The notes below the pieces were generated by a model that saw only the letters and a program-made list of their open reading frames with translations, was not told where the DNA came from and made no database searches. DNA of 34,383 nt from Spirochaetales bacterium (GTDB lineage Bacteria > Spirochaetota > Spirochaetia > SZUA-6 > DRHE01). The DNA lies in assembly GCA_016935715.1 (NCBI GenBank), contig JAFGQJ010000087.1, forward strand, positions 1 through 34,383, read 5' to 3'. The translations under genes and the position numbers were made by a program. Position 1 is the stretch's first letter; the number at the start of each line of letters is the position of its first letter. This document shows, in pieces, positions 1 through 8,078 of this stretch.

Positions 1-1673
1 AACAGCTCCACCCCGACCGTCGGGATCAGGGCCAGGCTGCCGGCGAACACGAGGATGATTACGATCAGCACCAGTGCCTTGTGCCTGAGGGCCCAGCCCA
101 GGGAAGCCCCGTAGATCCGGTCCAGCAGGCGCAGAGCCGCGCTCCTGCCCTTCAGCTCCTCCTCCACGTCCAGGAGGGTGTTGGACTTCTTCTTGATCGC
201 CACCTTGCGGATCCTGCTGGAGAGCATGGGAATCACGGTCAGAGCCACCAGCAGGGAGGCCAGCAGGGAAAAGGTGACGGTGAAGGCGAGGTCCCGGAAC
301 AGCTCCCTCGCCATGCCGCGGATGAACAGCACCAGGGGCAGGAACACCGCCACCGTGGTCAGGGTGGAGGCGATGATGGCATTGGCCATCTCCTGGGAGC
401 CGTGGCGGGCCGCCTCACCGGCCTTGGCGCCGCTCTCCCTGTATCGGAAGATGTTTTCGATGATGACGATCGAGTTGTCCACCAGCATGCCGATCCCCAG
501 AGCCAGGCCGCCCAGGGACAGCATGTTCAACGTCAGATCGAAGAAGTACATGGCGATGATGGTGATGATGATGGACAGGGGAATGGAGACGGCCACGATC
601 AGGGTGGTGGGCAGGTTGCGCAGGAAGATCAGCAGAACGAAGACCGCCAGGATGCCGCCCAGGAGGGCCACCCGCCAGACGTTGGCGATCGCCTCATTGA
701 TGAAGTCTGCGGAAACGAACAGCTCCACCAGGCGGACGTCCTCCGGCAGGGAGCGTTCGATCGATTCGATCCTGTCCTGAACCCGGTTGGTGATCTGCAC
801 GGTGTTGGTGCCGGACTGCTTCTGTACGGCCATGATGATGGCATCGTTGCGGTCCACCAACACATCGGTATCGTCATCCGCATAGCCGCTGTACACCGCA
901 GCGACATTCTCCAGGTACACGGGTTTGCCATTGCTGCTGCCGACTATGATGGCCCTGATCTCGGACAGATCGTCCAGGCGGCCGATGGTCCGCAGGGAGT
1001 ACTTGCGGGCACCCTCGCTGATCGCCCCGCCGGTGACGTTGATGTTTTCCGCCCGTACTACATTGACCACCTGATCGATCGACAGCCCGTGGGAGGCCAG
1101 CAGGGTCCTGTCCAGGTCGACGCGAATCTGCTTCTCCAGCCCCCCTTCGATGGAAACACTGGCCACCCCGTCGATCTGCTCCAGGGATGTCTGAATCGTG
1201 TTCTCGGCGATGAAGCGCAGGCTCTCCAGATCCCGGCGCCCCTCGATGGACAGAACCACGATGGGGGTCATGGAGGGATCGAACTTGAACAGCACCGGCT
1301 GAGAGGCGTCATCGGGGATGAAATCCCGGACCAGGTCGAGGCGCTCCCTTAGATCGTTGGAAGCCTCGTCCAGATCCGTGCCCCATTGGTATTCCACGAT
1401 GACCACCGAGGTCCCCTCCCTCGAGGTGCTGCTGATCTTCTCTATGCGGCTGGCCGAGGCCGCGGTGTTTTCGATCACCTTGGTCAGGTTCTCCTCGACC
1501 TCCCGGGGGGACACCCCCGGATAAGTGGAGTAGATGACGATGACGGGAAAGGAGATGTCCGGTATCAGATCGATGGCTAGCTTGCCCAGGGAAAAAACAC
1601 CGAGAACGATCAGGGCCAGGTAGAAAACCGTGGCCGTCACCGGCCGTTTGACCGAGAGATCGGTGATCTTCAT
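1..1673 (-). CDS. RND (AcrB/BesB-like) efflux permease, N-terminal ~557 codons; the gene continues past the left edge of the window
   Basis: Absent from the ORF track because it runs off the window. Reverse-complement from the ATG at 1673-1671 reads MKITDLSVKRPVTATVFYLALIVLGVFSLGKLAIDLIPD..., and further on ...GIGMLVDNSIVIIENIFRY.... These are the typical N-terminus and TM4 region of RND permeases. Its ATG overlaps the stop of the upstream MFP gene (ATGA), and it is last in a tolC-MFP-RND operon. Confidence 0.85.
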   Translation of the reverse strand, partial: MKITDLSVKRPVTATVFYLALIVLGVFSLGKLAIDLIPDISFPVIVIYSTYPGVSPREVEENLTKVIENTAASASRIEKISSTSREGTSVVIVEYQWGTDLDEASNDLRERLDLVRDFIPDDASQPVLFKFDPSMTPIVVLSIEGRRDLESLRFIAENTIQTSLEQIDGVASVSIEGGLEKQIRVDLDRTLLASHGLSIDQVVNVVRAENINVTGGAISEGARKYSLRTIGRLDDLSEIRAIIVGSSNGKPVYLENVAAVYSGYADDDTDVLVDRNDAIIMAVQKQSGTNTVQITNRVQDRIESIERSLPEDVRLVELFVSADFINEAIANVWRVALLGGILAVFVLLIFLRNLPTTLIVAVSIPLSIIITIIAMYFFDLTLNMLSLGGLALGIGMLVDNSIVIIENIFRYRESGAKAGEAARHGSQEMANAIIASTLTTVAVFLPLVLFIRGMARELFRDLAFTVTFSLLASLLVALTVIPMLSSRIRKVAIKKKSNTLLDVEEELKGRSAALRLLDRIYGASLGWALRHKALVLIVIILVFAGSLALIPTVGVEL

Positions 1674-2644
1674 TCCTTCACCTCCGCCACGGTCACCGCA
1701 TCGCCGTCGCTCAGGGACTGCTGGCCGACCACCGCCACCAGCTCGCCTTCGGCTATCCCCGCCTCTATCACCGCCGTCTCTCCCTGCACGAAGGCGATCT
1801 TCGGCCGCACCTCCCGGGCCACCTCCCCCTCGATCACGAAGGCCGCGCGGCTGCCCTCCTTGTCTATCAGAGCGGCAAGGGGAATCGTCACCGCATCATC
1901 CCTGCGGCGCAGGACGATGCTGGCCTCGGCGAACATTCCCGGCTTCAGCTGGTATCCCCTGTTCACCACCCGGATGCGGGTTTCCCGGGATCTGGATGCC
2001 GGATCCAGCACGGGGCTGAGGCTGTTGATGGTGCCGTGGAACACCCGGTCGGGATAGGAGACCACCGAGATCTCCACGGGCTGGCCGATCCGAACCTCGG
2101 CGATCCGCTTCTCCGGAACGTCGACCCTCACCTCGACCACGTCCATGTCCACGATCTGGAAAAGTGGGACCCCGGGATTGACGGCGGCCCCCTCCTGGGT
2201 CAGCACGGATTTGACCACTCCGGCGATGGTCGACTCCACCTCCACCGGTGCGAATTTCAGTCCCGCCTGGTCCCGGTCGATCACGGCCAGAACCTGGTCC
2301 TTCTCGACGAAATCCCCCGCTTCGGCCTTGATCTCGGTGATCTTGCCGCCGACCGAGGTCGGGATCCCCACCTCCTTCTCGGCGAATACGGATCCGTACA
2401 GGGCGAGGCTCTCCTGCACGCTCTGCCTGACCGCCGCGGTGACCGCCACGGGCACCGCGAACATCTGCTCCCCGTCGTCCTCCGGGCCTCCCCTGCCCGC
2501 ACCGCCGGCCCGGGACAGAAAGGCCAGGAAACCCGGTCCCTCTCCCTCCTGTTCCGCAAAGCGGGTGTAGCCGAGATATCCCCCCACGGCCACGACCGCC
2601 ACCACTGCGAACAGGATGATAACCGTCCGAACTCCCCTTTTCAT
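1670..2644 (-). CDS. Efflux membrane-fusion (periplasmic adaptor, HlyD/AcrA family) protein, hairpin-less type
   Basis: Track ORF 1670..3034 trimmed to internal Met 131 (MKRGVRTVIILFAVVAVVAVGGYL, a membrane anchor); the upstream part overlaps the tolC-like gene. Lipoyl half-motifs (GKITEIKAEAGDFVEKDQVLAVID / STIAGVVKSVLTQEGAAVNPGVPLFQIV) are followed by beta-barrel and MP-domain-like sequence. Confidence 0.85.
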   Translation of the reverse strand: MKRGVRTVIILFAVVAVVAVGGYLGYTRFAEQEGEGPGFLAFLSRAGGAGRGGPEDDGEQMFAVPVAVTAAVRQSVQESLALYGSVFAEKEVGIPTSVGGKITEIKAEAGDFVEKDQVLAVIDRDQAGLKFAPVEVESTIAGVVKSVLTQEGAAVNPGVPLFQIVDMDVVEVRVDVPEKRIAEVRIGQPVEISVVSYPDRVFHGTINSLSPVLDPASRSRETRIRVVNRGYQLKPGMFAEASIVLRRRDDAVTIPLAALIDKEGSRAAFVIEGEVAREVRPKIAFVQGETAVIEAGIAEGELVAVVGQQSLSDGDAVTVAEVKE

Positions 2645-2685
2645 ACGCTCTTCCCCCGTACGTTCATCGTCTTGAAAATCCGCGT

Positions 2686-4020
2686 CTAGAAATCCGCCAC
2701 CCCGACCACGTCCATCAGGTCCAGGACATTGCGGTTGTAGTTGTAGATCGCCTGGGCGTAGGCCAGCCTGGCTCCGTTCAACCCCAGCTGGGCGTCCTCG
2801 AGTTCGACGCTGGAGATGTACCCGCCCTCGTACTGTTCGACCGCCGCTTCGTACAACCGCTCGGCCAGCTGCACGCTCTTTCTCCCCGAGGCGATCTTGG
2901 CCTGCTCCTCGGTGATCCTGAGGATGCTCGACTCCACGGCGATGCGGATGCCCGCCTCCAGGGCGCCGTGCTGCAGGCGAAGATCCTCCGCCCGGATCCG
3001 GGACTTCCCGATCTTGGCGCTCGCCTCGCTCCACGGGAAGAAGCCCGAGACGGGCACGCTCAGGCTCAGACCGGCTGTCAGGCTTCCCATCCAGTAATCC
3101 GAATTGAAGTACTCGGCGTCCCCCGTGGCCGGATCGTAGCGGCTGTTCACGTTGTATCTGGCCCAGGCGGCCAGGGTGGGCAGGCGGAGGCTGCGCTCGA
3201 GCTCCGCCTGCGCCTCGGTGATATCCATGAGCTTTCTGAAGCTCTGCAGATCGTACTTGCCGCCCAAGGCCCTGCCGATCAGCGCCTCCCGGTCCAGATT
3301 CGCCTCGATCTGCTCCAGTTCGCCGACCAGCTCGAAGCGGAAATCCTCCTCCTCGATGCCCAGGACGTTCCTCACGTTGAGCAGGGCTATGGCCACGCCA
3401 TTGTTCGACGATATGACCGTGGCCCTGTAGCTCTCCAGGTCCGACTCGGCCCGCAGCACCTCGAAATCCGGCACCAGGCCCGCCTGGTAGCGCTGCCGGG
3501 CCACCTCCAGGGCCTCCTCCTTGCCGGCCAGGGTCTCGAGATTGATCGCCTGCACCTCCAGGGCCAACAGGTAGCCGTAGAAGGCATTCCTGATCAGCAC
3601 GACCGTCTTGCGGCTCTCCTCCGCCAGGTCCAGGGCCGCCTGGGCGACGGCCTCTTCGGCCAGCTTCACCCCGTTCTTGATCTTGCCGAAGGCGTACACG
3701 CTCTGGCCGACTTCCAGGGATACGCCAAGGGGGTCGGTGCCGGAAATCGGCACTTCGGTTCCGCTGCCGGGAGAGGTCTCCTTCGTGTTGTCGAACACGT
3801 GGGTCCAGCTCACGCCGGCCGACACCGAGGGGTAGTAGCCCGCCCTGGCCGCAGCCAGATCCGCCCGGGCGGCCGCCACGGCCAGCTTCTTCGACTGGAT
3901 GGCCGTGCTGTTGGCCAGGCCGTAGGCGATCGCCTCCTCCAGGGTGAACCGGTAGGTTTCGGCACCCGCGCTGCCGAGGGTCGTCATCAGCAGCAGCAAC
4001 ACCGCTCCGATCCGTCTCAT
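2686..4020 (-). CDS. TolC-family outer membrane efflux protein
   Basis: 444 aa. Signal peptide MRRIGAVLLLLMTTLGSAGA. N-terminal LEEAIAYGLANSTAIQ motif, and a two-fold repeat of coiled-coil-rich sequence typical of OEP/TolC proteins. Start overlaps the tetR stop (ATGA at 4017-4020). Confidence 0.85.
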   Translation of the reverse strand: MRRIGAVLLLLMTTLGSAGAETYRFTLEEAIAYGLANSTAIQSKKLAVAAARADLAAARAGYYPSVSAGVSWTHVFDNTKETSPGSGTEVPISGTDPLGVSLEVGQSVYAFGKIKNGVKLAEEAVAQAALDLAEESRKTVVLIRNAFYGYLLALEVQAINLETLAGKEEALEVARQRYQAGLVPDFEVLRAESDLESYRATVISSNNGVAIALLNVRNVLGIEEEDFRFELVGELEQIEANLDREALIGRALGGKYDLQSFRKLMDITEAQAELERSLRLPTLAAWARYNVNSRYDPATGDAEYFNSDYWMGSLTAGLSLSVPVSGFFPWSEASAKIGKSRIRAEDLRLQHGALEAGIRIAVESSILRITEEQAKIASGRKSVQLAERLYEAAVEQYEGGYISSVELEDAQLGLNGARLAYAQAIYNYNRNVLDLMDVVGVADF

Positions 4021-4760
4021 CCGCTGTTACCTCCTTCCGCTCCGCCTTCTATTCCCCGCAGCAGGATCTCCATGATGGCCTGGACGCGTTCGGCCGGAGA
4101 GGATTCCCTGGCTTCTCCGAAACCCTCTGCCATCCGGCACATGTCCTTTCCGGATGCACCGATTGCCTCCACGGTCATCCCGGCTGTGTCCATCCTGGAC
4201 ATGCACACGGAATGTATCGCCTGATTGACCATGCCCACGTAGCTCGACACCACGTCCCGGGTATCGATGTCACCGCGGATCATATTCTTGCTCTTTCCCT
4301 CTTCCACCAGCCCGTACAGATACTCGTCGAGGCGCCTGCGTCTCTCGAAGAACGGGCCCAGGAGCTTCCTGTGGATCGAGGCCATCTCCGGATTGAGGGC
4401 CGCGGTGAACAGCCGGAAATAATTCGGATTCTCGGCGAAAAAAGTGACCTGGGCCAGGGCGATGGCCTTCATTCTGTCCAGTGGATCCCGAGATGCAACG
4501 ATCCGCCTGGTCACGAAGGTCTCCAGGCGCTCGAGCACCGCGAGCATGGCGTGGAAGTACAGGTCCTCTTTGTCCTTGAAATAAAGATACAGAGTGCCCT
4601 TGGCCAGCCGTGCCTCCCGGGCTACCTCGTCCAGCGCGGTCGTTTCATACCCCTTGCGCGAAAAAACTCTCAAGGAAGCCCGGATGATGGCTCTGCGGCG
4701 CCGTTCCTTCTTGAGCTCCTGTACTTCGGGCATGATCCGGGTTCCGTCCTTCCTCGACAT
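4017..4760 (-). CDS. TetR/AcrR-family transcriptional regulator (probable repressor of the efflux operon)
   Basis: HTH region RRAIIRASLRVFSRKGYETTALDEVAREARLAKGTLYLYFKDKEDLY is a textbook TetR N-domain. Start is uncertain: ATG at 4760 (MSRKDG...) or ATG at 4733 (MPEVQELKK...). The track start at 4868 is probably too long. Confidence 0.85.
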   Translation of the reverse strand: MSRKDGTRIMPEVQELKKERRRRAIIRASLRVFSRKGYETTALDEVAREARLAKGTLYLYFKDKEDLYFHAMLAVLERLETFVTRRIVASRDPLDRMKAIALAQVTFFAENPNYFRLFTAALNPEMASIHRKLLGPFFERRRRLDEYLYGLVEEGKSKNMIRGDIDTRDVVSSYVGMVNQAIHSVCMSRMDTAGMTVEAIGASGKDMCRMAEGFGEARESSPAERVQAIMEILLRGIEGGAEGGNSG

Positions 4761-4788
4761 TGTCACCGGCACGGCGGGGACATGCAAA

Positions 4789-4808
4789 ATGACTGAACAG
4801 TCAGTCAT
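4789..4808. promoter_or_regulatory. Inverted repeat ATGACTGA-ACAG-TCAGTCAT, candidate TetR operator
   Basis: Perfect 8-bp arms with a 4-bp spacer, containing the nested TGACTG-AA-CAGTCA. It lies 29 nt upstream of the tetR ATG at 4760, in the divergent tetR/kinase intergenic region. Confidence 0.4.
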
Positions 4809-4918
4809 AAACATATGAAGGTTTGGATGGATCGTCAAGATAAATCGCATCGGAACCCTCCGGCGCACCCCGGCCGCGACGGATGAACAGGATTGCGAAC
4901 TCCCCTGTCATCGTAATA

Positions 4919-4947
4919 TTGATTTCCGAGCCGGATTCGAATATTGT
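4919..4947 (+). promoter_or_regulatory. Candidate sigma70-type promoter for the PfkB kinase gene (TTGATT-17-TATTGT)
   Basis: Hexamers with 17-nt spacing about 30 nt upstream of ATG 4979. Sequence match only. Confidence 0.25.
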
Positions 4948-4978
4948 GAAGAAAGTCAATCGGAAATTGGAGGCAGTT

Positions 4979-6127
4979 ATGGCAGAAGTTGTACGTTACC
5001 AGCAGATCAAGTCCCAGGAGTCCTGCAGATACGACGGTGTTTCCATGGGAGAGGTGATGATGCGCATCGATCCCCGCGACGTGCCGACCGCCAGGATGAG
5101 AGACAGCGTCCGCGTGTTCCAGGGCGGAGGGGAAACCAACGTAGCCTGCGGTCTGGCCTACACCTTCTCTCTGCGCAGCGCCGTGCTCACCGCTCTGGTG
5201 GATGACCCGATCGGGGAGAACATCCGCAACCAGATGCGGGAGGCCGGCGTGGACGTTGGCAGGATCGTCTGGTGGAACACGAAGAACGACGGCAGCCGCT
5301 ACTCCACCGACCAGAAGGGCGGCCTGCACAACGGCATCAACTTTACCTACGCAGGCTCGGGGGTCATCCCCTCCAACACCAGCTACTACCGTGCCCACAG
5401 CCCGGCGACCCGGCTCGAGCCCGGTGATTTCGACTTCGACTCATTGTTCGGCGATGAGGGGGTGCGGGTGTTCAACACCGGCGGCATCTTCACCCTCATC
5501 GGAGCGAAAACGGCGGACCTGGCTATCGAGGCGGCGCAGAAAGCCGCGGAGCACGGAACCTTCGTCTCCGCGGACCTGAACTACCGCTCGAAAGTCGAGC
5601 CGGACAAGGGCAAGGCCCGGGCGATCAACCAGAAGCTGGCCCCTTACCTCGGCTTCCTGGTGGGCAACGACTCGGACCTGTCGGATGCCCTGGGCTACGA
5701 CACCAGATCGAAAAAGGGCGCCGGATTCGACGAATGGCTTCCCGCCTACCAGGAGACGATCCGGAAGGTTGCCGCGGATTTCCCCAATCTGAGCCTGATC
5801 GGCACCCAGTGGCGGGGCGCCCACAACGCCGACCTGGTCAGCTGGGCCGCGGTTCTCTACGACACCAGGGCGGAGGCTTGGTACACGGCTCCGGTGCGGG
5901 AGAGGATCCCGATCCGGGATCGGACCGGCGGGGGTGACTCCTTCGCCTCCGGCGTGATCGCCGCGCTGCTGAAGGGCAAGGACCTGGAGACGGCGGTAAA
6001 CTGGGGAGCGGCCCACGGAATGCTGGTCCAGGAGACCCCCGGTGACATCACCATGGTCAACCAGGCCGCGGTGGAGGCGGAGGTCAAGAGAGCCGCGGCT
6101 GGGGGAGGGGTCAAAGCCACCCGCTGA
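4979..6127 (+). CDS. PfkB-family carbohydrate kinase (2-keto-3-deoxygluconate-kinase-like)
   Basis: Track ORF 4883..6127 trimmed to Met 33 (MAEVVRYQQ), which has GGAGG 5 nt upstream. C-terminal PfkB signature DRTGGGDSFASGVIAAL. N-terminal GGGETNVACGLA. Confidence 0.85.
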   Translation: MAEVVRYQQIKSQESCRYDGVSMGEVMMRIDPRDVPTARMRDSVRVFQGGGETNVACGLAYTFSLRSAVLTALVDDPIGENIRNQMREAGVDVGRIVWWNTKNDGSRYSTDQKGGLHNGINFTYAGSGVIPSNTSYYRAHSPATRLEPGDFDFDSLFGDEGVRVFNTGGIFTLIGAKTADLAIEAAQKAAEHGTFVSADLNYRSKVEPDKGKARAINQKLAPYLGFLVGNDSDLSDALGYDTRSKKGAGFDEWLPAYQETIRKVAADFPNLSLIGTQWRGAHNADLVSWAAVLYDTRAEAWYTAPVRERIPIRDRTGGGDSFASGVIAALLKGKDLETAVNWGAAHGMLVQETPGDITMVNQAAVEAEVKRAAAGGGVKATR

Positions 6128-6137
6128 GGAGGCCGCT

Positions 6138-6608
6138 CTGGCGCAGCCGGATATTCCCGTAGACCTTGAAGCGGCCTCCTGCCGGGACAGGGGCGCGTAC
6201 CTCCTGGTCATCGAGGTGGACAGCCCCCGTGTCGTGAACGCAGGGGCCCTGGGGGAGCTTCAGCTGGAGGCCGGCTGGTACGTCTACGTGGGCTCGGGGA
6301 AGAGAAATCTGAGCGCCCGGATCGCCCGTCACCACCGCAGGAGCAAAAAGATGCACTGGCACATCGATTACCTGCTGGAGCGTGTCGATCCCCGCCGTGT
6401 GAAGAGCCTTCCCATACGCAGCCGTCATGATCTGGAGTGCAGGCTGGCACGATCCGTGGCCGGCCTGGCCGCGGGATTCGTCCAGGGATTCGGCTGCTCC
6501 GACTGCAGCTGTGCGAGCCACCTCTTCCGCTTCGATGCCGATCCCCTTCGGGACCGGCGGTTCCTCGGCCTGCTGCTGCACTACCGTCACACCGTCGCCC
6601 TGGCCTGA
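6138..6608 (+). CDS. GIY-YIG/DUF123-family (Uri-superfamily) protein; start codon uncertain
   Basis: GAYLLVIEVDSPRVVNAGALGELQLEAGWYVYVGSGKRNLSARIARHHRRSKKMHWHIDYLL matches the DUF123 pattern (G.Y.YVGS...L..R..RH....K..HWHIDY). Possible starts are GTG 6042 (86-nt overlap with the kinase), CTG 6138 (GGAGG 5 nt upstream) or GTG 6216 (which would remove the first strand). Confidence 0.65.
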   Translation: MAQPDIPVDLEAASCRDRGAYLLVIEVDSPRVVNAGALGELQLEAGWYVYVGSGKRNLSARIARHHRRSKKMHWHIDYLLERVDPRRVKSLPIRSRHDLECRLARSVAGLAAGFVQGFGCSDCSCASHLFRFDADPLRDRRFLGLLLHYRHTVALA

Positions 6609-7114
6609 TCCTCGTGCAGGGCGATATCCTCGGCATCCCAGGGGTAGCAGATCCAGAGGTCCTCCGTTTCCCGGCCTGCGAAGTAGTGCCGGATCTCCTC
6701 GGGAAGGTGCCCCCGCTTTTCCTTGTTCTTGTTGTGCAGCACCACGACGGCGATCTCCGTGGGGCGGTGGCGGAGAAGCTCTTTGAGGCAGTACTCCAGG
6801 GTCACCCGGGAATCGTCGACCTCATCCACCACCAGAACCCTCTTGCCCGACAGCTTGCGCTCCACCTCGTCGATCCACTGGATCGTCTGGGGGGTCGCCT
6901 TGGGAAGGTTGTCCAGCCCGTAGTAGGAGATGCCCACCGCATAGATGGGGCGGTTGATGAAGGTCTTGAGAATGCGGGCGGGGATGAATCCCCCCGTCCC
7001 GATGGCCACGATGACGTCCGGATCGAAACCCGCCTCCGTGACCCGCCGGGCCAGCTCCTTCACGGTTTCATGGATCTGCCCGTAGCTCAAACAGTACTTC
7101 TCTGAACTTTTCAT
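6587..7114 (-). CDS. Purine phosphoribosyltransferase (xanthine-guanine PRT, Gpt-like)
   Basis: 175 aa. The PRPP-binding loop VLVVDEVDDSRVTL, VAIGTGGFIPARIL and the C-terminal WICYPWD align along the whole length with Gpt-type PRTs. Confidence 0.8.
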   Translation of the reverse strand: MKSSEKYCLSYGQIHETVKELARRVTEAGFDPDVIVAIGTGGFIPARILKTFINRPIYAVGISYYGLDNLPKATPQTIQWIDEVERKLSGKRVLVVDEVDDSRVTLEYCLKELLRHRPTEIAVVVLHNKNKEKRGHLPEEIRHYFAGRETEDLWICYPWDAEDIALHEDQARATV

Positions 7115-7123
7115 GCCGGAATA

Positions 7124-7642
7124 TCAGCTGCTCTGCTGCGGCCCGGAGCGACTGCCCTCTTGTTCGCCGCCGCTCTCCCGGGCCCGATCGTACTCCACGA
7201 TCCGCCGGATCTTGGGTTCGGAGCGCCCGCCGGGGGTGTACTCGCAACGCATCCAGATCGTTACCAGGGTCTTGGCCAGCTCGGCCCCGGTGACCTGGGA
7301 GCCCAGGGTCATGATATTGGCGTTGTTGCTCTTGCGCGCCCGCTCCGCCGAGTAGGCATCGGAGCACAGAGCGGCGTAAGCGCCGGGAACCTTGTTGGCC
7401 GCGATGGACACGCCGATTCCCGTGCCGCAGATCAGGATCCCCCGATCGTGTTCTCCCCGGGCCACCGCCTCCGCCACCCGTATCGCCACGTTGGCGTACA
7501 CGGGATCCTCACTGCCGTAGTCCCGGTATTCGTACCCCAGCTCCCGAAGGTGCTCCTGGATGATGCCTTTGAGCTGCGCCGCGTTGGGATCGCAGCCGAT
7601 TGCGACCGGTTTCACGGCCCGCTTCCCCTGCTGCCCGGGCAT
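7124..7642 (-). CDS. rpiB: Ribose-5-phosphate isomerase B (RpiB/LacA/LacB family)
   Basis: VAIGCDPNAAQLK...GILICGTGIGVSIAANKVPGAYAALCSDAYSAERARKSNNANIMTLG is the RpiB core. It carries a low-complexity C-terminal tail. Confidence 0.8.
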   Translation of the reverse strand: MPGQQGKRAVKPVAIGCDPNAAQLKGIIQEHLRELGYEYRDYGSEDPVYANVAIRVAEAVARGEHDRGILICGTGIGVSIAANKVPGAYAALCSDAYSAERARKSNNANIMTLGSQVTGAELAKTLVTIWMRCEYTPGGRSEPKIRRIVEYDRARESGGEQEGSRSGPQQSS

Positions 7643-7643
7643 T

Positions 7644-7997
7644 TCAATTGTCCACGTACTCCGGTCTCATCGGCGCAAAGAACTCCACCACCTCGCTGTC
7701 CTCTATCGCCTCGGCGCCGTGGTGCTCCCAGGGGTCGAAGGCATAGCTCGTTCCGGCGGTCGCCACGAAGCTCTGCCCCTCGTTCAACAGGAAGCGGACC
7801 CTGCCGCTCAGGACATATCCGTGCTGCACGACTTCATGGTTGTGCAGGGGAATCGCCGATCCCCGGGTCAGCCTGAAATGACAGAGCATGCTCTGTTCAT
7901 TGAAGGACAGGGTGGTGCGGAAGATTCCGGCCGGCTTCTCCACGCTGCCGAGCTTTCCCAGTTCTGCGATCTTTCGCCTTGCTTTGCTGTCTCTCAT
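7644..7997 (-). CDS. Cupin-domain protein
   Basis: 117 aa. The cupin metal motifs are visible in LHNHEVVQHGYVLSGRV and in the downstream ...WEHHGAEA. The gap to rpiB is 1 nt. Confidence 0.7.
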   Translation of the reverse strand: MRDSKARRKIAELGKLGSVEKPAGIFRTTLSFNEQSMLCHFRLTRGSAIPLHNHEVVQHGYVLSGRVRFLLNEGQSFVATAGTSYAFDPWEHHGAEAIEDSEVVEFFAPMRPEYVDN

Positions 7998-8078
7998 GCT
8001 TCAGGAGTATAACGAAGATCGGCCCCCGCGGCTATTACCCGTGACGGGAAAACCGTCGTTCGTCTCCCGCAGAGCGCT

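Noticed and set aside
81-1352. 423-aa plus-strand ORF (and 178..780) across the first 1.4 kb
   Set aside because: It is antisense to a clear AcrB-type RND permease reading frame. Its composition is Gly/Asp/His/Gln/Arg-rich, with no recognisable motif. This is a typical shadow ORF of GC-rich coding DNA.
6042-7114. GIY-YIG nuclease-like gene next to a phosphoribosyltransferase, considered as a possible phage-defence pair
   Set aside because: The PRT aligns end-to-end with housekeeping Gpt-type purine salvage enzymes. The two genes are convergent rather than co-transcribed, and the neighbours are ordinary metabolic genes. No other defence hallmarks are present.
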